Shown: in pieces, positions 17,218-28,326 of the stretch | How the letters are laid out: each line of letters opens with the position of its first letter | Position numbering within the stretch: position 1 is the stretch's first letter | From: a virus | Taxonomy: Duplodnaviria > Caudoviricetes | Reading direction: 5' to 3' (one strand) | IMG/VR virus record: IMGVR_UViG_3300021197_001150 | Location: 1-55,723 of that record | Length of the DNA stretch: 55,723 nt | Notes under the pieces: generated by a model | What the model was told of the DNA's origin: nothing | Databases searched by the model: none | Seen by the model: the letters and a program-made list of their open reading frames with translations, nothing else | Program-made: the position numbers and the translations under genes

Positions 17218-18295
17218 ACGTATAGGTTTCGCATGTAAGTACATGCACCCTGATCAAACACAAAAGAAGAAGTTGTTAGAAGAAATACAACGACCTTTGA
17301 ATACACGTTCAACTACAGTACAATGGTTGAACAGACAAACACGTGAAGTTGCTGAAGAACGACTGTGGGACATTATGGTCCATAACATACAATCGTATTT
17401 TAATCTTATTAACTATGTAGGAGGACTACCGAATGAACGTAGAATGGTTAGGTTGGGAAGTGACGTCCTACCTGTTTATACTCAGTCTGATTGGTCTTAC
17501 TTCTGGCGCAAGCCTGATGTACGAAAATATTGCGAGACCAACTTCGCTCACGTCGGCGCAAAAGCTCGTGAACTTGATGTCAGGTTGTCTATGCATCCTG
17601 GTCAGTTTACTGTACTTGCGTCAGATAATCCTGACATCGTAAATAGAAGTATAGAGGAGTTTGAATATCATGTTGATTGCATCAGATGGATGGGCTACGG
17701 CCAATCATTCCAAGACTTTAAATGCAACGTCCATATATCAGGCAGGCAAGGTCCAGCCGGTATCATCAATGCTCTCCCAAGATTATCTCAAGAGGCGAGA
17801 AACGTTATTACGATCGAGAACGACGAGATGTCGTGGGGCATCGATGCGTCACTCGAACTTGAAAAACATGTCGCACTCGTACTTGACATACACCATCACT
17901 GGGTGCGTACAGGAGAATACATACAACCCTCCGACGATAGATATCATCGCGTAGTTGACAGTTGGCGTGGTGTACGTCCTACTATTCATTACAGTGTATC
18001 ACGTGAAGACTTACTTGTAGGACATGATCCTAACGTATTACCTAACATGGACGATTTACTTGAACAAGGCTTTAAGAAACAAAAACTACGAGCTCACAGC
18101 GATATGATGTGGAATCATGCTGTTAATGACTGGGCTCTACAGTTTAACGACTCTGCAGACATTATGGTAGAGTCTAAACATAAGAACCTTGCTTCACACA
18201 GACTGTTAGAACATAAGGTAAATACAGTATGCGATTTAAACAAATCAAATCCTGTGAACGAACCAAAGCAAGAACTTGTCAGTGCGAAAGCCTAA
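17210..18295 (+). CDS. uvsE: UV damage endonuclease UvsE
   Basis: [37 protein letters not shown]. Confidence 0.92.
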   Translation: MIKRIGFACKYMHPDQTQKKKLLEEIQRPLNTRSTTVQWLNRQTREVAEERLWDIMVHNIQSYFNLINYVGGLPNERRMVRLGSDVLPVYTQSDWSYFWRKPDVRKYCETNFAHVGAKARELDVRLSMHPGQFTVLASDNPDIVNRSIEEFEYHVDCIRWMGYGQSFQDFKCNVHISGRQGPAGIINALPRLSQEARNVITIENDEMSWGIDASLELEKHVALVLDIHHHWVRTGEYIQPSDDRYHRVVDSWRGVRPTIHYSVSREDLLVGHDPNVLPNMDDLLEQGFKKQKLRAHSDMMWNHAVNDWALQFNDSADIMVESKHKNLASHRLLEHKVNTVCDLNKSNPVNEPKQELVSAKA

Positions 18296-18786
18296 GCAAG
18301 ATTACTGAAGCAGAAGACTCAAATGTTGTAGCCGTATGTGACTTAGTCCATTCGGACACTGTTAAAGGTACTATCTTCTTTATGCAAGGACCAGGCACTG
18401 CTACTCTTATAAAGGGTAAGATAACTGGGTTAACTGAAGGTGAACATGGATTTCATGTACACGAATTTGGCGATTTATCCAACGGATGCGAGAGTGCAGG
18501 CGGGCATTATAATCCAGACGGGGTAAAGCATGGAGATCTCAAAAATGGCCATGTCGGTGATTTAGGAAATATCACAGCCGGATCTGACGGGATATCAGAT
18601 TTTTCAATTAAGGCAGAACGTATTGACTTAATAGGCGAAAGAAGTATTATTGGTAGAGCAATAGTAGTTCACGAAAACACAGATGATTTGGGTAAAGGCG
18701 GAGACGCTGAATCGTTGAAAACCGGAAACGCAGGTGAGAGATTGGCTTGCGGGGTAATTACACTTACAAACGGAGAAAAGAAATGA
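18229..18786 (+). CDS. sodC: Cu/Zn superoxide dismutase without signal peptide
   Basis: [44 protein letters not shown]. Confidence 0.95.
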   Translation: MRFKQIKSCERTKARTCQCESLSKITEAEDSNVVAVCDLVHSDTVKGTIFFMQGPGTATLIKGKITGLTEGEHGFHVHEFGDLSNGCESAGGHYNPDGVKHGDLKNGHVGDLGNITAGSDGISDFSIKAERIDLIGERSIIGRAIVVHENTDDLGKGGDAESLKTGNAGERLACGVITLTNGEKK

Positions 18787-19046
18787 TATCATTTATTAAA
18801 TCTCTCTTTGGTGCTGGAGAAAAGAAAACTTTGAAACTTTCAGATCACATTGCTAACAAGAAAGTTAAAGTTACAAAACAAGCACCTTTAATTTTGGTGC
18901 CATCTAAAGCAGACATGTCTAAGATGACAAAAGCAAAATTAGAAGAAATGGGTCGAACACACGGTATTGAGTTAGACAAACGTCTTACAAAAGATAAACT
19001 TGTAACTCAATTACGTAAACACATGAACGACAAAAACAAAGGGTAA
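18783..19046 (+). CDS. Small basic protein with Rho-N/HeH-like domain
   Basis: [30 protein letters not shown] pattern. Confidence 0.55.
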   Translation: MISFIKSLFGAGEKKTLKLSDHIANKKVKVTKQAPLILVPSKADMSKMTKAKLEEMGRTHGIELDKRLTKDKLVTQLRKHMNDKNKG

Positions 19047-19050
19047 ACAA

Positions 19051-19212
19051 ATGAAAAATTGGATTCAAAACAGACTTGATGAACGAACTTCTTGGGACGG
19101 CGCTATGCTTGTCGCAGTAGGAGTTATTGTCCTAATTGCAGGACCATTTGCTAAATTAGCGGCATACGCGGCAATTGGCTACGGTGCTTGGACTATTTGG
19201 AAGTCTGAATAA
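19051..19212 (+). CDS. Small membrane protein (53 aa, not in ORF track)
   Basis: MKNWIQNRLDERTSWDG followed by two hydrophobic segments. Confidence 0.7.
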   Translation: MKNWIQNRLDERTSWDGAMLVAVGVIVLIAGPFAKLAAYAAIGYGAWTIWKSE

Positions 19213-19500
19213 TTATAGTTGATCTATTGTAAGTAAACTATCCACAGTAGTGTTTAGTTTGCGCCTTTGCTCAGCACCTTTCTTTTGTGCAAAACGTTTA
19301 GGATCGCATTCTGGACACACGTGGTTATAAGCATTATCTAATCTTTTAGGATCTACTTGTCCTTTGTCGCGTTTAAATTCTTCGTGACAGTTATCACATT
19401 CAAATATTATTACAGTCTTAATACGCTTGTATGAATGTGGTTTGCCTTTTTTAGACTTCCTGCTGTACCACTTAACTTCTTGTTCTGTTCTATTAAACAT
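19213..19500 (-). CDS. Zinc-ribbon protein
   Basis: CDNC...CPEC; TAAATA-N5-ATG on minus strand. Confidence 0.7.
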   Translation of the reverse strand: MFNRTEQEVKWYSRKSKKGKPHSYKRIKTVIIFECDNCHEEFKRDKGQVDPKRLDNAYNHVCPECDPKRFAQKKGAEQRRKLNTTVDSLLTIDQL

Positions 19501-19564
19501 ACAAGTATTTACCTGTTTACATTCGGATTACAAAATATAAACTAAATAATAGTAAGGAAACAAA

Positions 19565-19891
19565 ATGACAGCAGTAGTGCAACTAACAGAAAATGCAGTA
19601 GAACGCATGACAAATATGTTAAATGAAAACGATCAGCAAGTGGTACGTTTATCAATCAAAGGCGGCGGCTGTGCTGGTTTCACGTACGACTGGGCATTAG
19701 ATACAGCATCACATAAAGGTGATGAAGTTATTAAACTGCCAAACGGAGAGTTTGCTATCGATGATACAAGTGTAATGTATTTGTTAGGTAGTACAATAGA
19801 TTATAAAAAAGAAGTATTTGGTTCTTACTTCACAATAGAAAACCCTGCTTCAACATCAAGTTGTGGTTGTGGTGAGTCAATAGGATTTTAA
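19565..19891 (+). CDS. iscA: A-type Fe-S carrier (IscA/ErpA, HesB family)
   Basis: GGGCAGF, IDY, NP...SSCGCGES. Confidence 0.93.
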   Translation: MTAVVQLTENAVERMTNMLNENDQQVVRLSIKGGGCAGFTYDWALDTASHKGDEVIKLPNGEFAIDDTSVMYLLGSTIDYKKEVFGSYFTIENPASTSSCGCGESIGF

Positions 19892-19894
19892 AGT

Positions 19895-22800
19895 ATGGCA
19901 AAACAAACAGTTAATATCGGTGTAGAAGGCAATGACGCTACCGGTGATAGTATTAGAGACGCCTTTAGTAAAGTAAACACAAACTTTAGTGAACTTTATG
20001 CAGTATTTGGACAAGGTGGTACTATTAGATTTACTGCACTTTCAGATACACCAGATGAATTAGGTGCTAACAAGATTCCGGTATCTAATGATACTGGTTC
20101 ATCGTTATTAATGAAAACAGTTGAAGGTGGAACTGGTATTTTAATTGATAATACTGATCCTACTAAACTTGTTATTACAAACAGTGGTGGTTCAATTAGT
20201 TCAGACTTACAACCAACCATTGGTGGTTACTTAAATGGTTCAGGTAATTATACACTTGGTAACATTGGACCGATTACAGATCAATCAGCAACAGATTTTA
20301 ACACAACACATTCAACACAAATTTCAATACATGATTTAGTTACTGATAAAAAATACAACGACAACAGATATCAAATTGAAGGCGCTCCAAATAGAATGAG
20401 AGCAGAGCCTGCTGATGGTACAGAGTATGCAAAAGTCATTGGTAGTTTTGTAAACAACAATGCTATTGTTTCATTACATGGTTACGACCATAGTATTAAC
20501 GGACAAGGTTTCAAATACACAGTATCATTAGGTGATGCGGCGGCGGCTAACTTAACAGACACTACTGTTTACTACTTAAGGTATGTAAATGCTAATCAGT
20601 TAAGTTTACACCCAACAGCGACAGATGCTGTAAACAACACAAACAAAATTTTAGCAAACGCAGGAGCGGCAGGTAACCCAGGTGGTACACATACGCTAAC
20701 TGACAACGAATACAATTCTGCATTATATGGATCATACTTAACAACAGAAGCATTACCAAGAAGTTCTACAGTACGTAGACAAGGTGATGACATGACCGGT
20801 CCACTTTACTTACATGACCATCCAGGTAACTTGGCAGGCAGTGGTACACCAAACGATGTAGATGATTTACAAGCGGCATCAAAGTTTTATGTTGATAATT
20901 CAAGTTTTACAAGTATTGTAGATTTATATGTTAGAACAAACGGAGATGATTCACAACAATTTTCACCAGTAGGTAAAGAAGGACGTAGTTTACAATTTGC
21001 TTACAAGTCAATTGGTAAAGCGGCTGAGAAAGCAGAAGAACTAATTGAAACATCACCGTTAGAGCCAGGTGCTTATGTACAAACAGTTACATATAACAAT
21101 GGTGCGTCTGATAGTAGTATTACTGCCCAAACAATTACATCTCCACATACTGCAGGTGTTCCAGCGGCAACATTGCTAAGAGAAAACTTATCATTTATTA
21201 AGAAAGAAATTGTAGCATACGTTAGTGCAACATATCCTACATTCCAATACAACGAAGCAACTTGTGAAAGAGACATGGGTCTTATTACACAAGGTTTGGC
21301 TATTGACATTGAACAAGGACTAAACGCTAACTCACAGGCAATACTTGCTGGTAAAAGATACTTTAGTTCTGTATCAGGACAAATTGCAAGAACAACACAA
21401 AAAACAGAAACACTTGCAGGTATTAACTACGGTAAAACAATTATCAATACTATTTTACAAAATGGTTCAGTTTCACCTATAAGAAATACAGATGGTGTTA
21501 CACAATTTACTGACGGATCACAAGTTGTTACATCATCAGTTAGAAATGCTGTGCTTGGTAAAATTGATATTATTACAAATATTATTGACAATGGGTTAAG
21601 TGTACTTGATACAACTACACTCATTGAAGGATCAACTGTAACACTAACAGTTGACAACGGCGGCCAAGGTTATGTTGACCAAGGTGCGGCATCAAACGTT
21701 GATATACTTCCAGGTAAAATTTTAAGAGGTAAGACAACAGGTGCATTAGGTAGAATTGTAAAATATACAAGAGGCGCGGCAACAGACGAGTTACGTGTAT
21801 TCTTAATTGAACCTAAACTGTTTAGCACACAAGAAAAATTTGAATACGGTAACTTTGCAATTAAAACACAAATTTGTATTCATATTGAATCAGGAATTTA
21901 CGAAGAAGATTATCCAATTAAACTTCCTGCTAACTGTTCTATTAAAGGTACAGACTTTAGACGTACAATTATTAGACCGAAGCCAAGAGGTTCACAATCT
22001 AAATGGATTAACACATACTTCTTTAGAGATGCAGAGTTTGATGGCTTAGATCTAATTCCTATACAGAATCTAAATGCTGTAGCAATTATCAAAGCAAACA
22101 AAGAATTTATTAAAGACGAAACTATTGCATTCATTGATGCACAAGTGGCAGGTAGTATTTCACCATTTGGAGGATCATTTGTATATAATAAAGCCAAGTG
22201 TGAAAGAGATACAGGATTAATTTTAGAAGGTATTGCACACGATATCAAGTACAATGGTAATGCTAAAACTTACTTAAACGCTGGAAAATATTATAACGGT
22301 ACAGTTAGTTTAGTTCCAGGACAAGAAGCACAAACAGCGGCGGCTCTTGCGTTTACAAGAGGCCTTGTAGTTAATAGTATTTTACCACAAGCGTCTTACA
22401 CACCATTACAATCTATTACATCACAAACAACAGGATTAAGTGTAACTGAAGCAGGACAAACTGCAAGAGTAACAACATTAATGCAGAGCATTGAGAATGT
22501 TATTACTAACGGTCTAAGTGTTATGCCTGACTTGGTTGATCCAAGATATGGTTATCATTATACAGCAAATCCAACGTTACCAGTTAACATTGGTTCAGAT
22601 GCTTCTACTAATCCAGGTAACTTCCCTAATGCGGCAGAGTTATTAGGACTAAACAAAGAGTTTATTATTGAAGAAGTCATTGCTTGGATTAATGCACAAG
22701 TTACAGGCGGCGTAGGTATATGGAGCGGCTTTACTTACAACGAAGTTAAATGTCGTAGAGATACAGGATTAATTTTAGATGCTCATGTTGCTGACTTAAA

Positions 22801-25800
22801 AAATCCAGCAGGTGGTAGAGTAGAAACACTTGCAATGCAGGCGGCATACTATTCAGGTGCAGTAGCAGGACAAGAACAACAGACTACAGCGGCAATTAAT
22901 ATTATTAAAACAATTACTCCAAGTGTATTTGCTAAAACAGCATTTGGGGCAAGTTTACAAAGTAACGTAACACAGAATACAAGTGCAACAGCAACTTCAG
23001 AAGCAGGAGTACAAACACATTCAGATGCATTGATTGCTTGTGTAGTATTTGCGTTTGATGGTAGTTACAATCCACCTAAGAACAACTTAGACATTGATGT
23101 GTTTATGATGAATGATTCAAACAGAATCATGAACACAAGTATGCAGGGACATGGTGGCTTTGCACAGGTACTTGATCCAGATGGACAGATTCTAATTAAA
23201 TCTCCTTACGTACAGGTTAACAGTTCATTTAGTAGATCCGCAAACAAACAAGCATTCCGCGGTGGTATGTACATTGACAACTTTGTTGGTAACTCAACAA
23301 TGACTGTTAATAGTAAAGACGATGCATACACACTTAACGTATCAAGTGGCGTAGGTAGTGGACTAAGACAACGACGTCCGCAAACACCTTGTCCATTCTT
23401 TATTGACGGTATACGTTATCAAGTTGATGCTGTTACAAATTATGACCAAGCGGCAGGTACAGCAACACTATTCCTAAATCCAACTTCAGGTATTGGCGGC
23501 GCTGGTTTCCAATTTTCAGATGGTACTGACATTGTATTACAAACTGCTGGTAACACTTCGATGTTGGCAAATGACTATACACAAGTTAATGACTTAGGTT
23601 ATGGTATTGTTGTTAACAACGGTGCATTAACAGAACAAGTTTCAACATTTTCATATTACTGTCATGCGGCATACATGGCAAACAACGGTTCACAGATTAG
23701 ATCACTAAACGGTTCTAACTCAAATGGTAACTATGGATTAGTTGCATCAGGATCAGATCCAAACGAAGTTATTGATCAAATTACACTTGAAGAGCCGATG
23801 GTTCAAACTGCTCGTGTTTTTGACAACGGAGTTGATGCTATTAACGAAGCAGGTAAAAATATTGTTTATGTCTATAACGTAGGCACAATTCCAACTAACG
23901 TTTCAGAACTTGAAATCGATCACGGTGGTTCAACTGATATTGCAAGATATGAAATATCAAGTATCCAAGCAGTAGATTCATCGGTATTACCTGATGTTGC
24001 AGGTGCTTCACGTGATGGTAAAATTTATAAACTTAGTATTTCAGGTAACGAAGGATTAGCGGCGGCACTAACAAATAATCAAAAGGTTATTATTAGAGCT
24101 TTACAAAACTTTATATTTGATGACTTAGAAACAACAGCAGTTATTAGACCGTCAACTGCTATTGTGTTTGACGAACAAGATACATTTACATATAGAACTA
24201 TTTCGTTTGGTGGTGCTAACTCAATTGGTACAGCACTTCCAGGTGCTAATCAACAGTTGGTTACATTTGATTCCAACTATGATTATATTAGAGCAGTTAT
24301 AAACCAAGACAATATTTCAGGTACAGCCTTTGCTGGTACAGGTACTACACATGGTGCCACAGTAGGTGATGTTGCTATTTCAATTGATACTATTACTGAA
24401 CAAGCAGAAATTGATAGACTTAACAACGGCGACATGATTTTTGGTTGGGACGGAAAAATTCACAGAGTATTAAGTTACGCACAAAAAACAGGCTATGCTA
24501 TTTTAAGTATTGAAGATGTTAACAACATCAATGATGCGGCATTAGGTGATTCTGTTGTATCCGCAGGTTTACAATCAGTGCTTACAAGTTCAAATGCAAG
24601 AACGATACGTGTTGGATTGAACAGCGGAGAGAATGCAGGACTAACAGTTAATATTTCCGTAGCAAGAGCAACAGGACACGACTTTAATGACATTGGAACA
24701 GGTGGATTTAATACTTCTAACTATCCAAGCAAAATTTATGGAGCACCACAAGAAGCAATTCAAGCAAACGAAGTTAGTGAACGTGGAAAAGGTAGAGTAT
24801 TCTATGTAAGTACAGACCAAGACGGATTCTTCCGTGTAGGTAGATTCTTTACAGTTGACCAAGGTACAGGTCGAGTTACGTTTGCGGCAAGTATTGCATT
24901 AAGTAACTTAGACGGTATTGGATTTAAACGTGGTGTTGTTATTACTGAATTCTCAAGTGATGATGGAATGACAGATAATGCTGTTGACTCGGCTCCAACT
25001 GAATCAGCAGTACGTGGTTACGTAAACAGACGTTTAGGAATAGACGAAGGTTCGTTAATTGTTAGTAACCCAATTGGCGCAGGATTTATTTCAAGAGATG
25101 GAACTATTGGTCCAAGTGCAAGTATTAACTTTAGTAACAATAATATTACAGGCTTGGGAGATCCAGGTGCAGATTTTGATGGTACTAACAAACGTTATGT
25201 AGATGGAAGAACACCGTTCGGTACTGAAGCAATCGGTTCTAATATTGCTAATAGAACAAATGGTGATATTTTATTATTTGATGGTACAACTTATGACAAT
25301 GCTACACCAGTAGGTGACATTGGAATTACATTTACATCTAATACTGCTGACTTCCAAATTACAGCAGGAGCAATTATTAATGCTGATGTAAACACAGCGG
25401 CACAAATTGCACAAAGTAAATTAAATTTAAACGCGGCGACTACAAGAGCCAATGCAACAGGTATTACACAAAATGATTTAGGTAGTGCGGCATTTGATAA
25501 TGTAGTGTTCAGCAGTGACAATGGCTTTATTAGTATTGACAATGGTCAACTGCCTATAGCGAAACTTGCAAATATTGCAGACGAACATGTAATTGGTAGA
25601 GCAACAGGTGATAGTTCCGACGGTGACGTTAGTGCTATTCCGTTCTCAACTATTGTTAACAGTGGTGGTACATTTACTACTATTGGTGCTCCAAGTGCGA
25701 TTGTTAAAACACATACAGATGGTTCGATCAATGTACAAGGATTAGACATTGACAGTGCAAGAATTATTGATACTTCAGGTACAACTGTTAACTTTACCAA

Positions 25801-26590
25801 TCCAGGTACAACATTATTCTTAAGTTCACAAACAACAGGCGCTGGCGTTACAAATAACGCAATGACTGGTAACTTAAACATTGGCGCAAGTAGAGCAACA
25901 CAAAGTAACTTCCAATCAAATAGTACATTTGCTGATGAAAACTTTGTTGCGGCGGACTGGGCATACCATTCATTTATTGAAGCACCAGGAGAAGCAGATG
26001 CTAACAGTACAGGTATTGGTATTGGTGCTGGAACAGGATTTAGTAATGCTGATCAAATTAGTTTTGTAACTGATGGTGATCAAAGATTAATAGTAGGCAC
26101 AGCAGAAATGTTACCAGGTACAACTTCGGTTTACAACTTAGGTAGTGCATCATTTAAATTTAATCAAATACATGCAGTTACGTTTGAAGGACAGGCTAAC
26201 ACAGCATTATACGCTGACTTGGCAGAGAACTATCTTGCAGACACTCATTACGAAACAGGTACAGTACTTGTATTCGGTGGAGAACAAGAACTTACAACAA
26301 CTGATAGCAAAGGCGACACAAGAGTTGCTGGAGTTGTTTCAGAAAATCCAGGCTACTTAATGAATGCAGGTGCAGAAGGCGATCATGTTACAGCGATTGC
26401 GTTACAGGGTAGAGTTCCTGTATTAGTACTTGGTGAAGTTAAGAAAGGCGACATGTTAGTAACAAGTGCAGTTCCAGGATATGCTATTGTTAATAATACC
26501 CCTGGCGTTGGACAAGTTATTGGTAAAGCAGTTAAAGACAAAGATGACCCCGGTCATGGAATTGTTGAAGCAGTGGTAGGGAGGGTCTAA
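19895..26590 (+). CDS. Giant virion structural/tail protein with C-terminal intramolecular-chaperone-like domain
   Basis: N-terminal NIG...NDATGDSIRDAF...NFSELY baseplate motif; three C-x-R-D helical repeats; C-terminal ADLAENY...GRVPV...KGDMLVTS...IGKA. Confidence 0.85.
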   Translation: MAKQTVNIGVEGNDATGDSIRDAFSKVNTNFSELYAVFGQGGTIRFTALSDTPDELGANKIPVSNDTGSSLLMKTVEGGTGILIDNTDPTKLVITNSGGSISSDLQPTIGGYLNGSGNYTLGNIGPITDQSATDFNTTHSTQISIHDLVTDKKYNDNRYQIEGAPNRMRAEPADGTEYAKVIGSFVNNNAIVSLHGYDHSINGQGFKYTVSLGDAAAANLTDTTVYYLRYVNANQLSLHPTATDAVNNTNKILANAGAAGNPGGTHTLTDNEYNSALYGSYLTTEALPRSSTVRRQGDDMTGPLYLHDHPGNLAGSGTPNDVDDLQAASKFYVDNSSFTSIVDLYVRTNGDDSQQFSPVGKEGRSLQFAYKSIGKAAEKAEELIETSPLEPGAYVQTVTYNNGASDSSITAQTITSPHTAGVPAATLLRENLSFIKKEIVAYVSATYPTFQYNEATCERDMGLITQGLAIDIEQGLNANSQAILAGKRYFSSVSGQIARTTQKTETLAGINYGKTIINTILQNGSVSPIRNTDGVTQFTDGSQVVTSSVRNAVLGKIDIITNIIDNGLSVLDTTTLIEGSTVTLTVDNGGQGYVDQGAASNVDILPGKILRGKTTGALGRIVKYTRGAATDELRVFLIEPKLFSTQEKFEYGNFAIKTQICIHIESGIYEEDYPIKLPANCSIKGTDFRRTIIRPKPRGSQSKWINTYFFRDAEFDGLDLIPIQNLNAVAIIKANKEFIKDETIAFIDAQVAGSISPFGGSFVYNKAKCERDTGLILEGIAHDIKYNGNAKTYLNAGKYYNGTVSLVPGQEAQTAAALAFTRGLVVNSILPQASYTPLQSITSQTTGLSVTEAGQTARVTTLMQSIENVITNGLSVMPDLVDPRYGYHYTANPTLPVNIGSDASTNPGNFPNAAELLGLNKEFIIEEVIAWINAQVTGGVGIWSGFTYNEVKCRRDTGLILDAHVADLKNPAGGRVETLAMQAAYYSGAVAGQEQQTTAAINIIKTITPSVFAKTAFGASLQSNVTQNTSATATSEAGVQTHSDALIACVVFAFDGSYNPPKNNLDIDVFMMNDSNRIMNTSMQGHGGFAQVLDPDGQILIKSPYVQVNSSFSRSANKQAFRGGMYIDNFVGNSTMTVNSKDDAYTLNVSSGVGSGLRQRRPQTPCPFFIDGIRYQVDAVTNYDQAAGTATLFLNPTSGIGGAGFQFSDGTDIVLQTAGNTSMLANDYTQVNDLGYGIVVNNGALTEQVSTFSYYCHAAYMANNGSQIRSLNGSNSNGNYGLVASGSDPNEVIDQITLEEPMVQTARVFDNGVDAINEAGKNIVYVYNVGTIPTNVSELEIDHGGSTDIARYEISSIQAVDSSVLPDVAGASRDGKIYKLSISGNEGLAAALTNNQKVIIRALQNFIFDDLETTAVIRPSTAIVFDEQDTFTYRTISFGGANSIGTALPGANQQLVTFDSNYDYIRAVINQDNISGTAFAGTGTTHGATVGDVAISIDTITEQAEIDRLNNGDMIFGWDGKIHRVLSYAQKTGYAILSIEDVNNINDAALGDSVVSAGLQSVLTSSNARTIRVGLNSGENAGLTVNISVARATGHDFNDIGTGGFNTSNYPSKIYGAPQEAIQANEVSERGKGRVFYVSTDQDGFFRVGRFFTVDQGTGRVTFAASIALSNLDGIGFKRGVVITEFSSDDGMTDNAVDSAPTESAVRGYVNRRLGIDEGSLIVSNPIGAGFISRDGTIGPSASINFSNNNITGLGDPGADFDGTNKRYVDGRTPFGTEAIGSNIANRTNGDILLFDGTTYDNATPVGDIGITFTSNTADFQITAGAIINADVNTAAQIAQSKLNLNAATTRANATGITQNDLGSAAFDNVVFSSDNGFISIDNGQLPIAKLANIADEHVIGRATGDSSDGDVSAIPFSTIVNSGGTFTTIGAPSAIVKTHTDGSINVQGLDIDSARIIDTSGTTVNFTNPGTTLFLSSQTTGAGVTNNAMTGNLNIGASRATQSNFQSNSTFADENFVAADWAYHSFIEAPGEADANSTGIGIGAGTGFSNADQISFVTDGDQRLIVGTAEMLPGTTSVYNLGSASFKFNQIHAVTFEGQANTALYADLAENYLADTHYETGTVLVFGGEQELTTTDSKGDTRVAGVVSENPGYLMNAGAEGDHVTAIALQGRVPVLVLGEVKKGDMLVTSAVPGYAIVNNTPGVGQVIGKAVKDKDDPGHGIVEAVVGRV

Positions 26591-28323
26591 TGGCACAACA
26601 AAATATAAACATTGGATCAAGTGCAAACAAGGGCGACGGTGATCCGTTAAGAACGGCTTTTACAAAAATTAATTCTAACTTTACTGAACTGTATGGTAAA
26701 GTTATAGTACTTGAAGGTGGTGGCGTTGCAATACAACGTGATACACAGGGAAGTATATTTGGCGATGACAGTACTCTACTTGTAGATGCTGTTAACAGTT
26801 TAATACCAAGTTCGGTGTTATCTGGTAACTTACCAGCATTAGATGGTTCAGCATTAACAAACTTAACTATTCCGGCACAGACGTTTGCTTCACTTACAGG
26901 TACACCTACTACACTGGCAGGATACGGCATTACTGATGCACAAGTAGCAGGAGCATTAACTGACGGTGACATTAAAGGTAGTGTGTTTGGCGATGATTCA
27001 ACACTATTAGTAGATGGTAACAACAATAAGATTGTTGGCCCAGTAGACACAGCAAGTTTAAGAACAAGTGAAAACAAAATTGCATTAGGCTTTACCGCAG
27101 GCGAATCGAACCAAGGTACAAAAGCAATAGCAATTGGTGAGTTTGCAGGTATGACTGATCAAGGCACCAGTTCAATAGCAATTGGTAAACAAGCAGGTGA
27201 AACTACACAAAGTGCCGTTGCTGTAGCAATTGGTGATCAAGCAGGTATGACAACTCAAGGACTTCGTGCAATAGCAATTGGTCAAAATGCAGGTTTAACA
27301 ACCCAAAGCTCAAGTGCAGTAGCACTTGGTGATCAAGCAGGTTTAACAAATCAAGGCACAGAATCAGTTGCAATTGGTATGTTGGCTGGAAAACTAAACC
27401 AAGGTGCACAAACTATTGCTATAGGTAGTGAAGCGGGACGTGATGACCAAAGTGCAAATGGAATAGCACTTGGACACGAAGCAGGTAGAGCCGACCAGGC
27501 AGATTTTGGTATTGCTATTGGTGAAAAATCAGGTAATTCCAATCAAGGTATTAGAGGAATTGCAATTGGACGTAGTTCAGGAAAAACAGATCAAGGAACA
27601 AAGGCAGTAGCCATTGGTGATGCGGCCGGTTATGCAACTCAAGGTGCAGGTGCAATAGCCATCGGTGACCTTGCAGGTGAAACTAACCAAGCGGCAAACT
27701 CAATTGTAATTAATGCTTCAGGAACTGCTTTAAACAACACCACAGCAAGTAGTTTAGTAATTAAACCAATTAGAAATGCAGTTGGTACAACTATGTTGAT
27801 GTATGATGCTACGTCAGGCGAAGTAACACATAGTGGAAATGTTACATTAGGTGGAGATTTAGATGTAGGTGGTAACAGTATTGTTTCAGCAAGTAATGGT
27901 GCAATTAACATTGCTCCAGATGGTAGCGGCACTATTGACTTGTCAGGACAAGTAAAATTTGCTGAAGGCATGATAGAAAAATTTGCCACAGCCAACGGTG
28001 CAACAGGAGTTACAGCATTAGATTGTTCAACAGGAAATGTGCATTACCTTACAGCACCAGCAGGTGATATTACAGCAAACTTTACAAACTTAAATTTAAC
28101 AGCAGAATATGCAACCAATGTAACAGTAGTAATTGATCAAGGTGGTACAGAACGTGAAATTACCGCAGTACAAATTGGTGGCGTGGCACAAACAATAGTT
28201 TGGCAAGGCAATAGTGCGCCAACAGGAACAGCAAACGGAGTAGACAGTTTTTCATTCACAATATTAAACGATGGCGGAACATACGTTGTGCTTGGACAAA
28301 TGGTAGCATTTGGAGGAGTTTAA
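26590..28323 (+). CDS. Tail fiber/adhesin with YadA-head-like repeats
   Basis: Same N-terminal baseplate motif; about 12 tandem 16-aa Q-x-x-x-AIAIG-x-x-AG repeats. Confidence 0.85.
   Translation: MAQQNINIGSSANKGDGDPLRTAFTKINSNFTELYGKVIVLEGGGVAIQRDTQGSIFGDDSTLLVDAVNSLIPSSVLSGNLPALDGSALTNLTIPAQTFASLTGTPTTLAGYGITDAQVAGALTDGDIKGSVFGDDSTLLVDGNNNKIVGPVDTASLRTSENKIALGFTAGESNQGTKAIAIGEFAGMTDQGTSSIAIGKQAGETTQSAVAVAIGDQAGMTTQGLRAIAIGQNAGLTTQSSSAVALGDQAGLTNQGTESVAIGMLAGKLNQGAQTIAIGSEAGRDDQSANGIALGHEAGRADQADFGIAIGEKSGNSNQGIRGIAIGRSSGKTDQGTKAVAIGDAAGYATQGAGAIAIGDLAGETNQAANSIVINASGTALNNTTASSLVIKPIRNAVGTTMLMYDATSGEVTHSGNVTLGGDLDVGGNSIVSASNGAINIAPDGSGTIDLSGQVKFAEGMIEKFATANGATGVTALDCSTGNVHYLTAPAGDITANFTNLNLTAEYATNVTVVIDQGGTEREITAVQIGGVAQTIVWQGNSAPTGTANGVDSFSFTILNDGGTYVVLGQMVAFGGV
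27064..27711 (+). repeat. Coding tandem repeat, 48-nt period
   Basis: QGTKAIAIGEFAGMTD / QGTSSIAIGKQAGETT / QSAVAVAIGDQAGMTT etc. Confidence 0.9.
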
Positions 28324-28326
28324 TAG

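Noticed and set aside
27064-27711. 48-nt periodic repeat as CRISPR array
   Set aside because: In-frame degenerate protein repeat without identical repeats and unique spacers; no cas genes seen
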